From a virus (Duplodnaviria > Heunggongvirae > Uroviricota > Caudoviricetes), in the IMG/VR virus record IMGVR_UViG_3300023174_000099, positions 64,001 through 98,999 of that record: DNA of 34,999 nucleotides. One strand, written 5' to 3'. The notes under the pieces were generated by a model. The model searched no databases, was not told where the DNA came from, and worked only from the letters and a program-made list of their open reading frames with translations. The translations under genes and the position numbers were made by a program. Below, piece after piece: positions 18,821 to 28,488 of this stretch. Each line of letters opens with the position of its first letter. The stretch's first letter is position 1.

Positions 18821-20110
18821 TTAAAATCCACCCGCGCTAATCTTATATGAATAGATAGCGTATCTGATGGCGTCGGCCATGTGACACGCCTCATTGTGAA
18901 CGGGCTTTTCTTTAGTTAGACCTTCACGGTTGTCCCACTGATACTGGTCAAAAGAGTAGAGAACATGTTTACAAGTATCCGATACTACAATTTTGTCATT
19001 ATCACAGAGGGCTGAAATATAACTGATACCCGCTAGCACGTCCTTCTTGGCGTTATTCATGCTGATACCGTATTGCTGCGCAAAGTCAAATTTCATCTGC
19101 TGGTTCGCGGAGTCGATATACGTGAAGTCTACTTTCCACTCGTCAATGAGTCTTTCGATTTCGACGGCATGACCAGCGGTAGTTTTTTCATTGTCCTGAT
19201 ACTCATCTACGATGTAGAAGGTTTCGTTAGCGGGGCAGAAAGCTACAACGACCTGCGCTGTGGGATCTCTGAAACCAACGTCTAGTCCTGAGATTTTATC
19301 CATCTTAGACGTGTCGAGATCCGACAGATCGCGAATCTGAGTCTCTTTGAGATCCCAAATCTTACCTACGAAGGTTGAGAAGTCGGCTTCATATTCCTGA
19401 CGGAATTCGGCTTCGCTCATGGAGCGACGGGCTTCGTCAACGTCCTCGGCAGTCATTCTAGGATTATCCTTCCAGGTTGACTTTACAGAAAACCACTGAG
19501 GAAACTCGTCGCTAAATCCACGATCGAAGAACTTGGAGAACCAGTTCTTCTTACCACGAGGGGTCGAAATAAAGATAGCCTTTGAGTTTGGTTTATCTAG
19601 GGTTGGACGAAGAGAGACGTTAAAGGCCTCTTCTCCATCTGTAAGCGCGGCTTCGTCAAATATGATAAGGTCGTAGGAACGACCTACGCAGCTGTCTACC
19701 TGATTTACCGAACCGATACGAATAGTCGAACCGTTTACTAGCTCAATCACACGATCCTTCGCATTGTCTTTTAGAACTTCGATACCGAAGTGCTTGATAA
19801 GACCTCGCTGTAGATCAAATGAAATACTGGACAGGTTGTAGTTCGGTGCCATAACCAGAACATTCGAACCAGGTACCAAAGATACAACCTGTCCAATGAT
19901 ATTCGCAATGTAAGTTTTACCTTGACGGCGAGATAGAGCAGCACACCCAAAACGATACTTCGGGTTATTAATTCCATTTACTAGTGCAATCTGCGAAGGT
20001 AGTGGGTTGATCTCTAACTCCTTCAAGTAGTTCGCAATCGGTACTCGCATAAATGCGCCCGGATACTGAACTATTACGTCTGTTGGTATGTCTGCTCTAC
20101 TTATAATCAT
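18821..20110 (-). CDS. terL: Terminase large subunit
   Basis: Walker A SRRQGKT, Walker B LIIFDEAA, ISTPRG, FRQEYEADF, GLDVGFRDPTA, and nuclease motif HMADAIRYA. Confidence 0.97.
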   Translation of the reverse strand: MIISRADIPTDVIVQYPGAFMRVPIANYLKELEINPLPSQIALVNGINNPKYRFGCAALSRRQGKTYIANIIGQVVSLVPGSNVLVMAPNYNLSSISFDLQRGLIKHFGIEVLKDNAKDRVIELVNGSTIRIGSVNQVDSCVGRSYDLIIFDEAALTDGEEAFNVSLRPTLDKPNSKAIFISTPRGKKNWFSKFFDRGFSDEFPQWFSVKSTWKDNPRMTAEDVDEARRSMSEAEFRQEYEADFSTFVGKIWDLKETQIRDLSDLDTSKMDKISGLDVGFRDPTAQVVVAFCPANETFYIVDEYQDNEKTTAGHAVEIERLIDEWKVDFTYIDSANQQMKFDFAQQYGISMNNAKKDVLAGISYISALCDNDKIVVSDTCKHVLYSFDQYQWDNREGLTKEKPVHNEACHMADAIRYAIYSYKISAGGF

Positions 20111-20766
20111 GTTAATAATGCCTTTGCACGCTTCGTGCGTTCCGTTCTGTCAGCCAATCCATTAGTACCACCGTTGATACGCTTTGTAAGCGCGGTGCCA
20201 TTATCTACATCAGCTAACAAGTTTAAATTCTTTGAATTCCAATACCATACAGCTAAACGAACAGCAATATCGGGATCTGCCGCTAGCTCCGGATTAGAAA
20301 CTAGTGCTATACCTGTAGCGGTTTGTGCTCTCTGGTAGTTCTCACGACCAGTTAAGTGAACTAGTCCACGTCCTCGGTACTTCCATCCATCCCCTGGCTG
20401 CACATTTCCCATTCTGTCACCATATACACTGTTCGCAAGTCCTTCTGGATTACGAACAAAAGCAACGGCTGAAGTCTTTGTAAAGCGGCTAGGCCATACA
20501 CGAGCGATCGTGTCAGCAGATGTATAGTTTAAGTTCTCAACAAGTTTCTGAAAGCCTCCACTCTCGTGGGCCATCTGACCCAGCCAGTGTGAAAGACGAA
20601 CTGGAGAAGAGGCAATAGATCCTATATACTGTGACATAGCATTTCCGAGAGCATCAGCGTGCTTAGTGGCTCCCATATGCTTCATTACAGCAGTCCAGGT
20701 TACTGGCCCCGGTTCTCCGTCGGCTGTAACTCCCAGTTTAGTTTGCACTCTTCCCCAGTCAATCAT
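20107..20766 (-). CDS. Endolysin: N-terminal peptidoglycan-binding motif plus glycoside hydrolase family 19 domain
   Basis: QTKLGVTADGEPGPVT; WLGQMAHESGGF...ENLNY; GDGWKYRGRGLVHLTGRENY; RINGGTNGLADR. Confidence 0.92.
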   Translation of the reverse strand: MIDWGRVQTKLGVTADGEPGPVTWTAVMKHMGATKHADALGNAMSQYIGSIASSPVRLSHWLGQMAHESGGFQKLVENLNYTSADTIARVWPSRFTKTSAVAFVRNPEGLANSVYGDRMGNVQPGDGWKYRGRGLVHLTGRENYQRAQTATGIALVSNPELAADPDIAVRLAVWYWNSKNLNLLADVDNGTALTKRINGGTNGLADRTERTKRAKALLT

Positions 20767-21035
20767 TAGTGGTTTTCCTGTGTAGGGTCATCCGTAATGG
20801 ACATACCCTCTTTTCCTACGGATACTCGTCTCTTTACTAGTTGAGCAATATATCCAGTCATGATAGTGAAAACTTGAGCATGTGCTATTACTGCAAGCCA
20901 AAATACGTAGAGTGCAGTGCTAGATACTAGCCATAGTCCGATAGCAGCGTAAAGTATAAAAATGATAGCACCTCCAAGCATAATCCATAAGGCTAGATTC
21001 TTACGTTCATTTGTTTCTATGTTAAGCCAGTTCAT
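20766..21035 (-). CDS. Two-TM membrane protein, holin/antiholin candidate
   Basis: 89 aa with two hydrophobic stretches and a charged C-tail. Translationally coupled to the endolysin. Confidence 0.65.
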   Translation of the reverse strand: MNWLNIETNERKNLALWIMLGGAIIFILYAAIGLWLVSSTALYVFWLAVIAHAQVFTIMTGYIAQLVKRRVSVGKEGMSITDDPTQENH

Positions 21036-21682
21036 TATAAAGGTACTGCATTTTGCAGGTATCCTACGACACTCTTAGAGATAGCGTGAGTTCGTGAAAC
21101 GATCTCTTTATCACTAGCGGTGCTCTGGGCTGGTAGTCCAACGGTAATCGTACCAATTGGATACTTAAGCGGATTTACAAGAGGGCATACTGCTACTCTG
21201 CTAAGTTCGTATTTAGAAAAATAACGACTAGTAGAAATATCTATGCCTTTTGTTATCATGATACATTGAGGATTATCAATAGAAGACCACATTTTGCGAA
21301 GGCTTCTATTAGATGCCGACAGTGGTTCTTCTATTTTAATCTCATCAACTTTTTCAGTGTAAAAGGTAGTTGTAGCTTCAGTGAACGGAATTCCCGTAAG
21401 GTCATGCCGTCCGTTATGAAACTGTCGTATAACAACACTATGAGCATCTAGATCAATCGCTAGATTTTCTATGGCTTCATTCACAAGTTCAGCGCTTTCA
21501 AGCTGAGCCTTGAATCTCTCAGATTCTTCCGTTGGACTTATAATCGAACGTTCCAACATATCGTAGCTTCTATAGCCAATATACGTCATTATAATTATAA
21601 GAACACCCGCTAGGGTTGGAAGGGGTCTTAATGCTAGGGAATTTACGAGTCTTCTTAAAGCGTCACTTATCTCCTTTATCAA
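21035..21682 (-). CDS. T4-T/T5-type holin: one N-terminal TM helix plus a GAF-like periplasmic domain
   Basis: Single TM (LPTLAGVLIIIMTYIGY). VVIRQFHNG and AVCPLVNPLKYPIGTITVGL resemble the T5 holin YTCPYFNLNNIYAGYIGIAW as I recall it. The TTG start is uncertain. Confidence 0.6.
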   Translation of the reverse strand: MIKEISDALRRLVNSLALRPLPTLAGVLIIIMTYIGYRSYDMLERSIISPTEESERFKAQLESAELVNEAIENLAIDLDAHSVVIRQFHNGRHDLTGIPFTEATTTFYTEKVDEIKIEEPLSASNRSLRKMWSSIDNPQCIMITKGIDISTSRYFSKYELSRVAVCPLVNPLKYPIGTITVGLPAQSTASDKEIVSRTHAISKSVVGYLQNAVPL

Positions 21683-22082
21683 GCAGTCTCTCCATCAACT
21701 GTCCATAGTTGCCTTGGCCAAAGTTAGCAATATTAACTGTTGGTCCAGTTTGGTCATTCTTTATCTCATCGACGCGCATCTGGTGCGCGAACTTGAGAAG
21801 TTCTAGAAGATCTTTGGAAGTATAGATGCCACTTTCTTCAGCTTCTTCCAGCTTGGACTGTATCATACGATCGAGGACTTCCCCGATCTTATGCTTGTTT
21901 CGATAGCCTCGATCGAGATAGATTCCTGTGATGTAGTCTTTAACGTCCTTGCGCTCAAGTAGCTGAACTACTTGATACTCTGGAATTTGTAGTTGCTCGG
22001 CGGTGTCTTTGGCAGAACCATAAGTAAGATAAGCATTAGCTATATCTAGAGCTTCGGGAGTTAAGGCTACATGGTTACTCAT
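21663..22082 (-). CDS. terS: Terminase small subunit (T5-like)
   Basis: LTPEALDIANAYL..G...L.R..VK.YI..IYLD.GYRN...IG.VLD.MI..KLEEAEESG..TSKD matches the T5-family TerS pattern. Confidence 0.85.
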   Translation of the reverse strand: MSNHVALTPEALDIANAYLTYGSAKDTAEQLQIPEYQVVQLLERKDVKDYITGIYLDRGYRNKHKIGEVLDRMIQSKLEEAEESGIYTSKDLLELLKFAHQMRVDEIKNDQTGPTVNIANFGQGNYGQLMERLLDKGDK

Positions 22083-22363
22083 GCCCAGACTCTTATAGGT
22101 TCACTAGGGGTTACACTTATGCTTGTTAAAGCTTGTTCCTGTTCTTCTGAGAGTTCTATTGAAGACCTCAGATTTACATGCCATTCAGGATACTTAGTTT
22201 CTACCTCATTTTCATCAAATCTAGAAAAAGGTCCGATTATATCTAGTGAGATGCCCTGTACAGGCACTAATTCATCTTCATAGTTGAGTACTACTAGACC
22301 TGAGTCTAGTAGTACCTTGTTCATTGCGGTTTCGTTTTCCGCTTTTAAATAAAAATCTATCAT
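22079..22363 (-). CDS. Small acidic protein, likely fibre assembly/chaperone partner
   Basis: 94 aa (MIDFYLKAENE...WHVNLR...P.RVWA), directly downstream of the large fibre gene. Confidence 0.55.
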   Translation of the reverse strand: MIDFYLKAENETAMNKVLLDSGLVVLNYEDELVPVQGISLDIIGPFSRFDENEVETKYPEWHVNLRSSIELSEEQEQALTSISVTPSEPIRVWA

Positions 22364-22372
22364 TATATTTCC

Positions 22373-25300
22373 TTATACTGTTAAGCCCGGAAGCTGTGTA
22401 TTATCTATACGCTGTTGGTAGTATGTCAATGTGCGGATGTGGCCGTTGAGGGACGCGGCGGCCCCAAAATCAAACTTGCCAAGAGTTGCATATGCAAGCG
22501 TCGTTGGAACTGTGCCAGACGTATCAACTGAAACGGCGGCTCCGTTGGCGCAGGCGGCAAAGTCATTTGTCTTGTAGGCATAAGCCAGTGTTGGGGATAG
22601 GTTAGCGTTTGTGCCAATGTTCGATTGTACAACGCCGCCGACAACAGTTGCCGTAAACGCTGTGTTGATCGTCATTTGATGCCGATTATTGGAAGAAGCG
22701 GCGCCGTCTTGGAACGAAATCACGTTGGAACCTGTGGACGTAACAGTGTCAACGCTTGCAACCATCGTCCCCTCGCTCTGGTTGTACCAGTTTGAGAAGT
22801 TCGTGCCGGTCATCACCGCCACGTCAGCCGCGCGGATGACCGTGGCTGTCGCAGTTGGAATAGCACTAGTAGCAAAAGCACCTTGCTCAAGCTGTGGTAA
22901 ACCAATGCGAACTGTTACATCAACAGTTGCGTTTTGCGCAACTGTAAAGCCAGCACGAGGAGATGCACCTGTTGTTCCTGCATCAGTAAATGTGCGGGTA
23001 CTGACTACTCTCTGTCTAATAAGTGGTGCATTCGTTATGTTAGTTATCGACACAGATGCGTTGTCATTGAATCCAGGAGTACCGTAAAGTAAGTTGGTGG
23101 CTGAAGTAAACCCAGTAAAGTTACCACTTATTAGGCGATAGTAGGCGCTTTGCGTCCAAGTCTGGTTTTGAGCAGCAGTAATATTTACTATATCATACGT
23201 GATATCAACATATTGCGTGCCAGCGGCAGTGTTTGTACCAAACACACGAGCATCTATATAAGGGATGCCATCTTCTGTTCCAGTTCCGACGAAGTGTATG
23301 GAAATTCCATTAACAGGTGAACCACTACCAGTGCGTGCGTAGTTTGTGGGACTAGTACCTGGTGCGCCAGCTACAGCACCTACCATAGAACTGTTGCGAA
23401 TAGAATTTGTGCGTTGTTCTTCTAGCAGCAGACCTAGTGGAGCTTGCGTGATCGGATTGTAGTCGAAGCGTGGGCCATAGTAGGCTGCCGTAGTTGTGGG
23501 AACATAAGTGCTTGGAACAGTCTGGTAAGTGACTTGCTCAAGCTGCGCTCCCCAGACGAAAATGCCAGAAGTGCCATCGCCGGTATAGGACGATGGTGAG
23601 CTTGTGTTGTTGAGGGAGAGACGGATTTGCAGGCTGCCCGAGACGGTGGTAACCACAGGAACCGCAATTGAGCAGCGATACCATCCACCACCAGCTGGCG
23701 TGATGGTGGATGTAACAGTGGCAGACGGCGTCCCTGCGGTGCCAGCAGTAAGGTCAAAGCCGGCGATGAGGTTAGCGCCGGCAGGGCCGACACCGGTGGC
23801 AATAAGTTGAAGAAACGTGCGTTCAGCCGCTTTGGCGTAGACGCTTAAAATATAAAATTGGCCAGCGGTTACAGAAAAACTAACGAAGGTGAAATGCCCC
23901 GTAGTGACAGCCGTGTTCTCGACCAACTTATCTGCCGTGGTCGTGCCATCCGGCGACGTTGTCGCGTTGGCCGTTACAGATCCGTTGGACTTCGTCCACG
24001 CCGCGTTGTCAAACTCCTCCGACCGCAGTACCAGATTGTTCGGCGCGTAGGTCAAGCGTCCAGTGCTGTCAATTAGTGTAGCATTTGAAACACGAGAAAA
24101 AGTGATACGACTATCTAGTGTTCCAGATAGGAAATCAAGATTTAGCAACGTCGACAGAGTCTGCAACTGCAAGTTAGGGATACGCTGTGGATAGTAAACG
24201 AGTGAACGGATGTGGCTGTTTATCAAGTCGCTAGTAGGAGTGTTATATCCAATATTTAACATATCTAACACTGGAACAGCGCCACTAGAATCAGTCCCGG
24301 ATAAAATACCATTGAACGCAGCAGCAAAATTATTGGTTTGATAAGCAGTGGCTACAGTCCGTGGTATTCCTGGTGTATATGCACCTCCCATAGTAATAGA
24401 TGCTTGATCGACACCATTTAAACGAACAAGATTCTGTGCAGATGCAGTAGATACGAAAAACTCATTACTATTCTGCGAAGTGTTATTCGCCTGAATGCGG
24501 GCAGCGTACACGGAAGGAAATCTGTTTGATCCGACAATCGGGTTTATATAACTTGCAACGAATGTTCCTTCCTTCTGATTATACCAGCTAGAGAAGTTTG
24601 TTCCTGTCATTGACGCGTTATCAGCTGATCTTGTAACAGTAGACGCTATAGTAGGTATATAGCTAGTAGCAAAGGATGCCGCCTCAACCTGCGCGCCCCA
24701 AATTAGAATGCCAGATGTTCCGTTTCCTACTGTGGCTACTGAATCCCTAATCGCAATCCTTGCACTTCCCGTTGCGCTAACTCCAGCAGTGGTAAAGGTC
24801 AGTGTAAATCTATACCAACCATTTCCAAAAGGAGTTGATGTTGATGATGCATTTGTAAATGTACCCCCAACAGTTGGAGCTGTAACAATAGATCCATCAA
24901 CTAGTGAATACCTAACTCTTGCGAAGTTAGTCGTTCCAGTTCCTTCTGAAAAATACAACTCAATACGGTTAAACTCTGCTTGTTTTGCAAATACACTGAA
25001 TGTTAAAGTTGCCCCAGCAGTATGCGGTATATTTTGTCGAACTACACCATGCGTAATAGCCGTTAAATCTCCGCCATTGTTGGGTATAGCTTTTTCTGCT
25101 GTAGTCGTACCATCAGGTGCCTCGGCGGAGTTCACAGTTAATGTGGTATGATCTTTAAACCACGCCCCATTGTCGAACTGCTCCGAGTGTGTAGCCAAGT
25201 TCGTCCGCTGATCCTCGATCAGCAGACCATCTGGCGCTAGGGTAACGGGATCGAAATCAAAACGCGGACCATAGTAAGCCGAAGCAGCTGTTTGATTGTA

Positions 25301-26011
25301 TGCTGATGGCTGTGTTTGATAGGTTACAAGTTCAAACTGCGCGCCCCATATGAATAGACCGCTGGTACCGTTTCCAGAGAAAGTTGCGACGCTATTTTGA
25401 TCACCGGGAAGCACAAAGGCATCAAAAATAATCGAGGCAGCTGTAGGGCCTCCGGTTCCCGTTATACCAATTCTCCACCAGCCATCTCCTACATTTGTAG
25501 CCGATACACCTCTAAAGGTTCCAGCACCCACAACTCCTCCCACAGTAGTACCTGTAGATGTATCTAAGCTTCCAAGAAATCCGTTTGATGGATTGGCGTT
25601 GTCCAGGCATCTAAGCCTGATTGATCTGTACTCAGCAGCCTTAACATAAATACTTGCGCTCACTTGCGAGCCAGCTGGAACGGCTATTATTTGCCGAACG
25701 TAATGTTCACTACTAGCCACTGAGGGAATTATCTTTTCGGCAGTAGTTGTACCGTTGGGTGCCGTAGTGGCATTAACGGTAGTAGTTACGGCCGCTTTAC
25801 CCCACCCCACATCATTAAACTCTTCTGAGCGCAGTGCCAAGTTGTTTGGCGCGTAAGTTATGCGTCCAGTTCTATCAATTATCGTAGCATTACTGCCCCG
25901 AGTGAACGTAACACGGCTGTCTAATGTTCCACTTAAGAAATTAAGGTTCAGAGACGGTATATTGGCCCTAATGGAAGTACCACTAAGTAATATTGCAATA
26001 CGTCGAAACAT
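22373..26011 (-). CDS. Virion fibre/adhesin (head-spike-fibre-like, carbohydrate-binding beta-sandwich domains), tandem duplication of a ~600-aa module
   Basis: The motif set LNL.FLSGTLDSR.TF.R.SNAT / NL.LRSEEF / YYGPRFD..P.T...GLL.E.QRTN / TGTNFS.WYNQ.EGT / HIR.L.YY occurs twice. Junction near 24150. Confidence 0.75.
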   Translation of the reverse strand: MFRRIAILLSGTSIRANIPSLNLNFLSGTLDSRVTFTRGSNATIIDRTGRITYAPNNLALRSEEFNDVGWGKAAVTTTVNATTAPNGTTTAEKIIPSVASSEHYVRQIIAVPAGSQVSASIYVKAAEYRSIRLRCLDNANPSNGFLGSLDTSTGTTVGGVVGAGTFRGVSATNVGDGWWRIGITGTGGPTAASIIFDAFVLPGDQNSVATFSGNGTSGLFIWGAQFELVTYQTQPSAYNQTAASAYYGPRFDFDPVTLAPDGLLIEDQRTNLATHSEQFDNGAWFKDHTTLTVNSAEAPDGTTTAEKAIPNNGGDLTAITHGVVRQNIPHTAGATLTFSVFAKQAEFNRIELYFSEGTGTTNFARVRYSLVDGSIVTAPTVGGTFTNASSTSTPFGNGWYRFTLTFTTAGVSATGSARIAIRDSVATVGNGTSGILIWGAQVEAASFATSYIPTIASTVTRSADNASMTGTNFSSWYNQKEGTFVASYINPIVGSNRFPSVYAARIQANNTSQNSNEFFVSTASAQNLVRLNGVDQASITMGGAYTPGIPRTVATAYQTNNFAAAFNGILSGTDSSGAVPVLDMLNIGYNTPTSDLINSHIRSLVYYPQRIPNLQLQTLSTLLNLDFLSGTLDSRITFSRVSNATLIDSTGRLTYAPNNLVLRSEEFDNAAWTKSNGSVTANATTSPDGTTTADKLVENTAVTTGHFTFVSFSVTAGQFYILSVYAKAAERTFLQLIATGVGPAGANLIAGFDLTAGTAGTPSATVTSTITPAGGGWYRCSIAVPVVTTVSGSLQIRLSLNNTSSPSSYTGDGTSGIFVWGAQLEQVTYQTVPSTYVPTTTAAYYGPRFDYNPITQAPLGLLLEEQRTNSIRNSSMVGAVAGAPGTSPTNYARTGSGSPVNGISIHFVGTGTEDGIPYIDARVFGTNTAAGTQYVDITYDIVNITAAQNQTWTQSAYYRLISGNFTGFTSATNLLYGTPGFNDNASVSITNITNAPLIRQRVVSTRTFTDAGTTGASPRAGFTVAQNATVDVTVRIGLPQLEQGAFATSAIPTATATVIRAADVAVMTGTNFSNWYNQSEGTMVASVDTVTSTGSNVISFQDGAASSNNRHQMTINTAFTATVVGGVVQSNIGTNANLSPTLAYAYKTNDFAACANGAAVSVDTSGTVPTTLAYATLGKFDFGAAASLNGHIRTLTYYQQRIDNTQLPGLTV

Positions 26012-26012
26012 A

Positions 26013-26477
26013 TTAGGCCTCCGAGATTAGTCTAATAATACGATCTGCAGCTACAGTAGTAGGAGCACCCGAAGTGCCTCCACGTACACGAAGATAGCGA
26101 ACACCATAGAAGTCGGCTGGAGCTACAATAATTCTTCTAGAAGCGGCTGAAATAACTGCTACTTCGGTACCAGCGCTAGTGAATATGTTATTCCAGTTAG
26201 TACCATCAAAGCTTGACTGGAATGTGAGTGTTGTTGGTTCTAAAGTAGTAGGCATAGAAAGACCCACTAGTCTGAATACACCTAAATCGACGCCAGCAGA
26301 GAGTGACTGTCCGCTAGTAATAGTGCAGTCCTGAATTTGTTGTTGGCCCTTAGCTACGGGTACAGGACTAGCGCGAAGCTGGGTATTAGTTAATACGCCC
26401 CCTAGACCACCTAAAGCAGTTAGGTCTTCATCGCATAAAACGACTGGTCTTGATTGGGCTGCTGGCTTACGTGACAT
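26013..26477 (-). CDS. Small beta-rich virion protein (fibre base/adapter candidate)
   Basis: TITSGQSLSAGVDLG...LVGLSMP...LTFQSSFDG.NW...RYLRVRGG. Lies between the two fibre genes and has an AAGGAG SD. Confidence 0.6.
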   Translation of the reverse strand: MSRKPAAQSRPVVLCDEDLTALGGLGGVLTNTQLRASPVPVAKGQQQIQDCTITSGQSLSAGVDLGVFRLVGLSMPTTLEPTTLTFQSSFDGTNWNNIFTSAGTEVAVISAASRRIIVAPADFYGVRYLRVRGGTSGAPTTVAADRIIRLISEA

Positions 26478-26542
26478 TTATTATTCTCCTTAGCGAATTT
26501 CTATATAGAAATTCCTTATTTGAGGAATATTCCTCTGCTTTT

Positions 26543-28393
26543 TTATACTGTTAAACTTGGTAGTTGCGCATTAGCCCAACGAACGGGGTAGTAGCTGATG
26601 CTCCTAAGGTGGCCGTTTAGATAGTTACCTGATCCACTCCAGTTGGAGCCTAAGTACATACGATTCGATGCCGTATTAACGATACCCACAGTATCCGTAC
26701 GCGCTGCCTGTCCACCTAGGCTTTCACCGAAGTTATTTACTGCATATGCAAACGCATTTTTTATTGGCACCGCGACATTGGCGACGGAAAACGTGGTTAT
26801 ATCGCCAGCTTGTCCTGTACCGCCGACAACCAAATTAGCACCACGAAATGAGTTTCCGCTAGAGTAATTGCCATACATACTGTTGTTAAACGTGTTATCA
26901 GATATGGCATAGGGCAAACTTGTACTATTCGCACCAGCAACTTGATTACATTCTACAACAACCGTCCCCTCACTCTGATTGTACCAGCTAGAGAAGTTAG
27001 TGCCGGTCATCGAAGCATTGTCGGCTGCACGCGTGGACGTGGAGGCCGCGGTGGGGATGTAGCTGGTGGCAAACGCGCCGAGTTCGGTCTGTGCACCCCA
27101 GACATAAAAACTGTCCGTTCCAGTGCCAGCGATATTGCCGTTGCCTCCGGCATCTGTCGGATAGAGTTTCAAGCCAACCGACGTAAAAGCACCCGCGCTG
27201 GTGAATGTCACGGAACACCTAAACCAGCCGTTTCCTGCCGGCGTAATCGACGCTGCCGTTGCACCTCCCGCAGTAGACGCAGTTACTGCGGTGAGGTTGA
27301 ATTGCCCCACTTGAGTGCCAAATCCGGTAGCGTCGTTCTGGATGCGTATAAAGGGAGTTGCAGCGGCCTTAAGATACGTTGTCGCAGTATAAGACACGCC
27401 AGCCGCGCCCGATGCGGGAGCGTAATATTGTAATGTGTGGAAGGTGGTGCTAGTATTCGCAACAAAGGCGTCGGCGTTGGTTGTTCCGTCAGGTGAAACT
27501 GTAGCGTTAGCCGTTATCGAAACTGCGCTCTTACTCCACGCTGCGTTATCAAACTGCTCCGAATACAGAGCCAAGTTGACCCGCTGCTCCTCGATCAGCA
27601 AACCTCTTGACGCTAGCGTGACTGGGTCGTAGTCGAATCGTGGGCCATAATAAGCCGAAGCAACTGTCTGCACGTATGTAGATGGCTGTGTCTGGTAAGT
27701 GACTTGCTCAAACTGTGCTCCCCATACGAATAGACCGCTGGTACCATCGCCCGTGTAGGATGACGGCGCGCTGGTGCTGTTGAGGGAGAGGCGAATTTGA
27801 TAGCCCCCAGTTGTTGCGGTAGAAACAGGATAAGCCATTGAACATCGATACCATCCATTACCTACATCAGTGATCGTAGACGTTACCGTGGCTGACGGTG
27901 CGCCCGCAGTACCGTTCGTAAGATCAAAACCGGCAATGTAATTGCCACTGCCAGGAGCTTGTTGCGTAACAATAAGTTGAATAAATGTGCGTTCTCCTGC
28001 CTTTGCATATACACTAAAAACGTAGATTTGTCCTAGTGCGGGGGAAGGTACAAAGGGTGTATTAGGAGAAATCCAATGCCCAGTAGTAGCCGCCGTGTTC
28101 TCGACCAACTTATCCGCAGTGGTAGTACCATTCGGTGCCACAGTGGCATTGGGCGTAATGGTAGAAGCCGTCTTTCCCCAGCTCGCGTTGTCAAATTCCT
28201 CTGATCGCAGAACAAGGTTGTTAGGCGCATAGGTAACTCGTCCAGTCGAATCGACTAGGGTAGCGTTCGAAGCGCGGCTAAAAGTGACGCGACTATCTAG
28301 GGTCGTTCCGGCTAGGAAATTAAGGCTTAACGTTTTAATTAATGGCTTGTAAGTGCTTCCAACTAGGAAGCCAAGCGATATTGGTTTTGTCAT
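26543..28393 (-). CDS. Virion fibre/adhesin, single-module paralogue of 22373..26011
   Basis: Same motif set once (616 aa), with visible DNA-level similarity to both modules of the larger gene. Confidence 0.75.
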   Translation of the reverse strand: MTKPISLGFLVGSTYKPLIKTLSLNFLAGTTLDSRVTFSRASNATLVDSTGRVTYAPNNLVLRSEEFDNASWGKTASTITPNATVAPNGTTTADKLVENTAATTGHWISPNTPFVPSPALGQIYVFSVYAKAGERTFIQLIVTQQAPGSGNYIAGFDLTNGTAGAPSATVTSTITDVGNGWYRCSMAYPVSTATTGGYQIRLSLNSTSAPSSYTGDGTSGLFVWGAQFEQVTYQTQPSTYVQTVASAYYGPRFDYDPVTLASRGLLIEEQRVNLALYSEQFDNAAWSKSAVSITANATVSPDGTTNADAFVANTSTTFHTLQYYAPASGAAGVSYTATTYLKAAATPFIRIQNDATGFGTQVGQFNLTAVTASTAGGATAASITPAGNGWFRCSVTFTSAGAFTSVGLKLYPTDAGGNGNIAGTGTDSFYVWGAQTELGAFATSYIPTAASTSTRAADNASMTGTNFSSWYNQSEGTVVVECNQVAGANSTSLPYAISDNTFNNSMYGNYSSGNSFRGANLVVGGTGQAGDITTFSVANVAVPIKNAFAYAVNNFGESLGGQAARTDTVGIVNTASNRMYLGSNWSGSGNYLNGHLRSISYYPVRWANAQLPSLTV

Positions 28394-28417
28394 AAAAATT
28401 TCTCCTCATTTGTATGA

Positions 28418-28446
28418 ATTATACCAGTGTGGGGATTCTGCGTCAA
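28418..28446 (-). promoter_or_regulatory. Sigma70-type promoter for the fibre-TerS-lysis-TerL run
   Basis: TTGACG-17-TATAAT, then GAGGAG and ATG 28393. Confidence 0.8.
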
Positions 28447-28488
28447 GCTTTTTTTGAGTGAGGTTCCTAGACAGCTTTTTCTAGCACA

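Noticed and set aside
1135-27858. Plus-strand ORFs antisense to the structural genes (e.g. 3587..4021, 10397..10756, 23434..23802, 26942..27433)
   Set aside because: They are shadow frames of long, motif-bearing minus-strand genes, with no SD or recognisable motifs.
22373-28393. Diversity-generating retroelement TR/VR pair among the fibre repeats
   Set aside because: Differences are not adenine-specific, all copies are in coding frames, and no reverse transcriptase is present.
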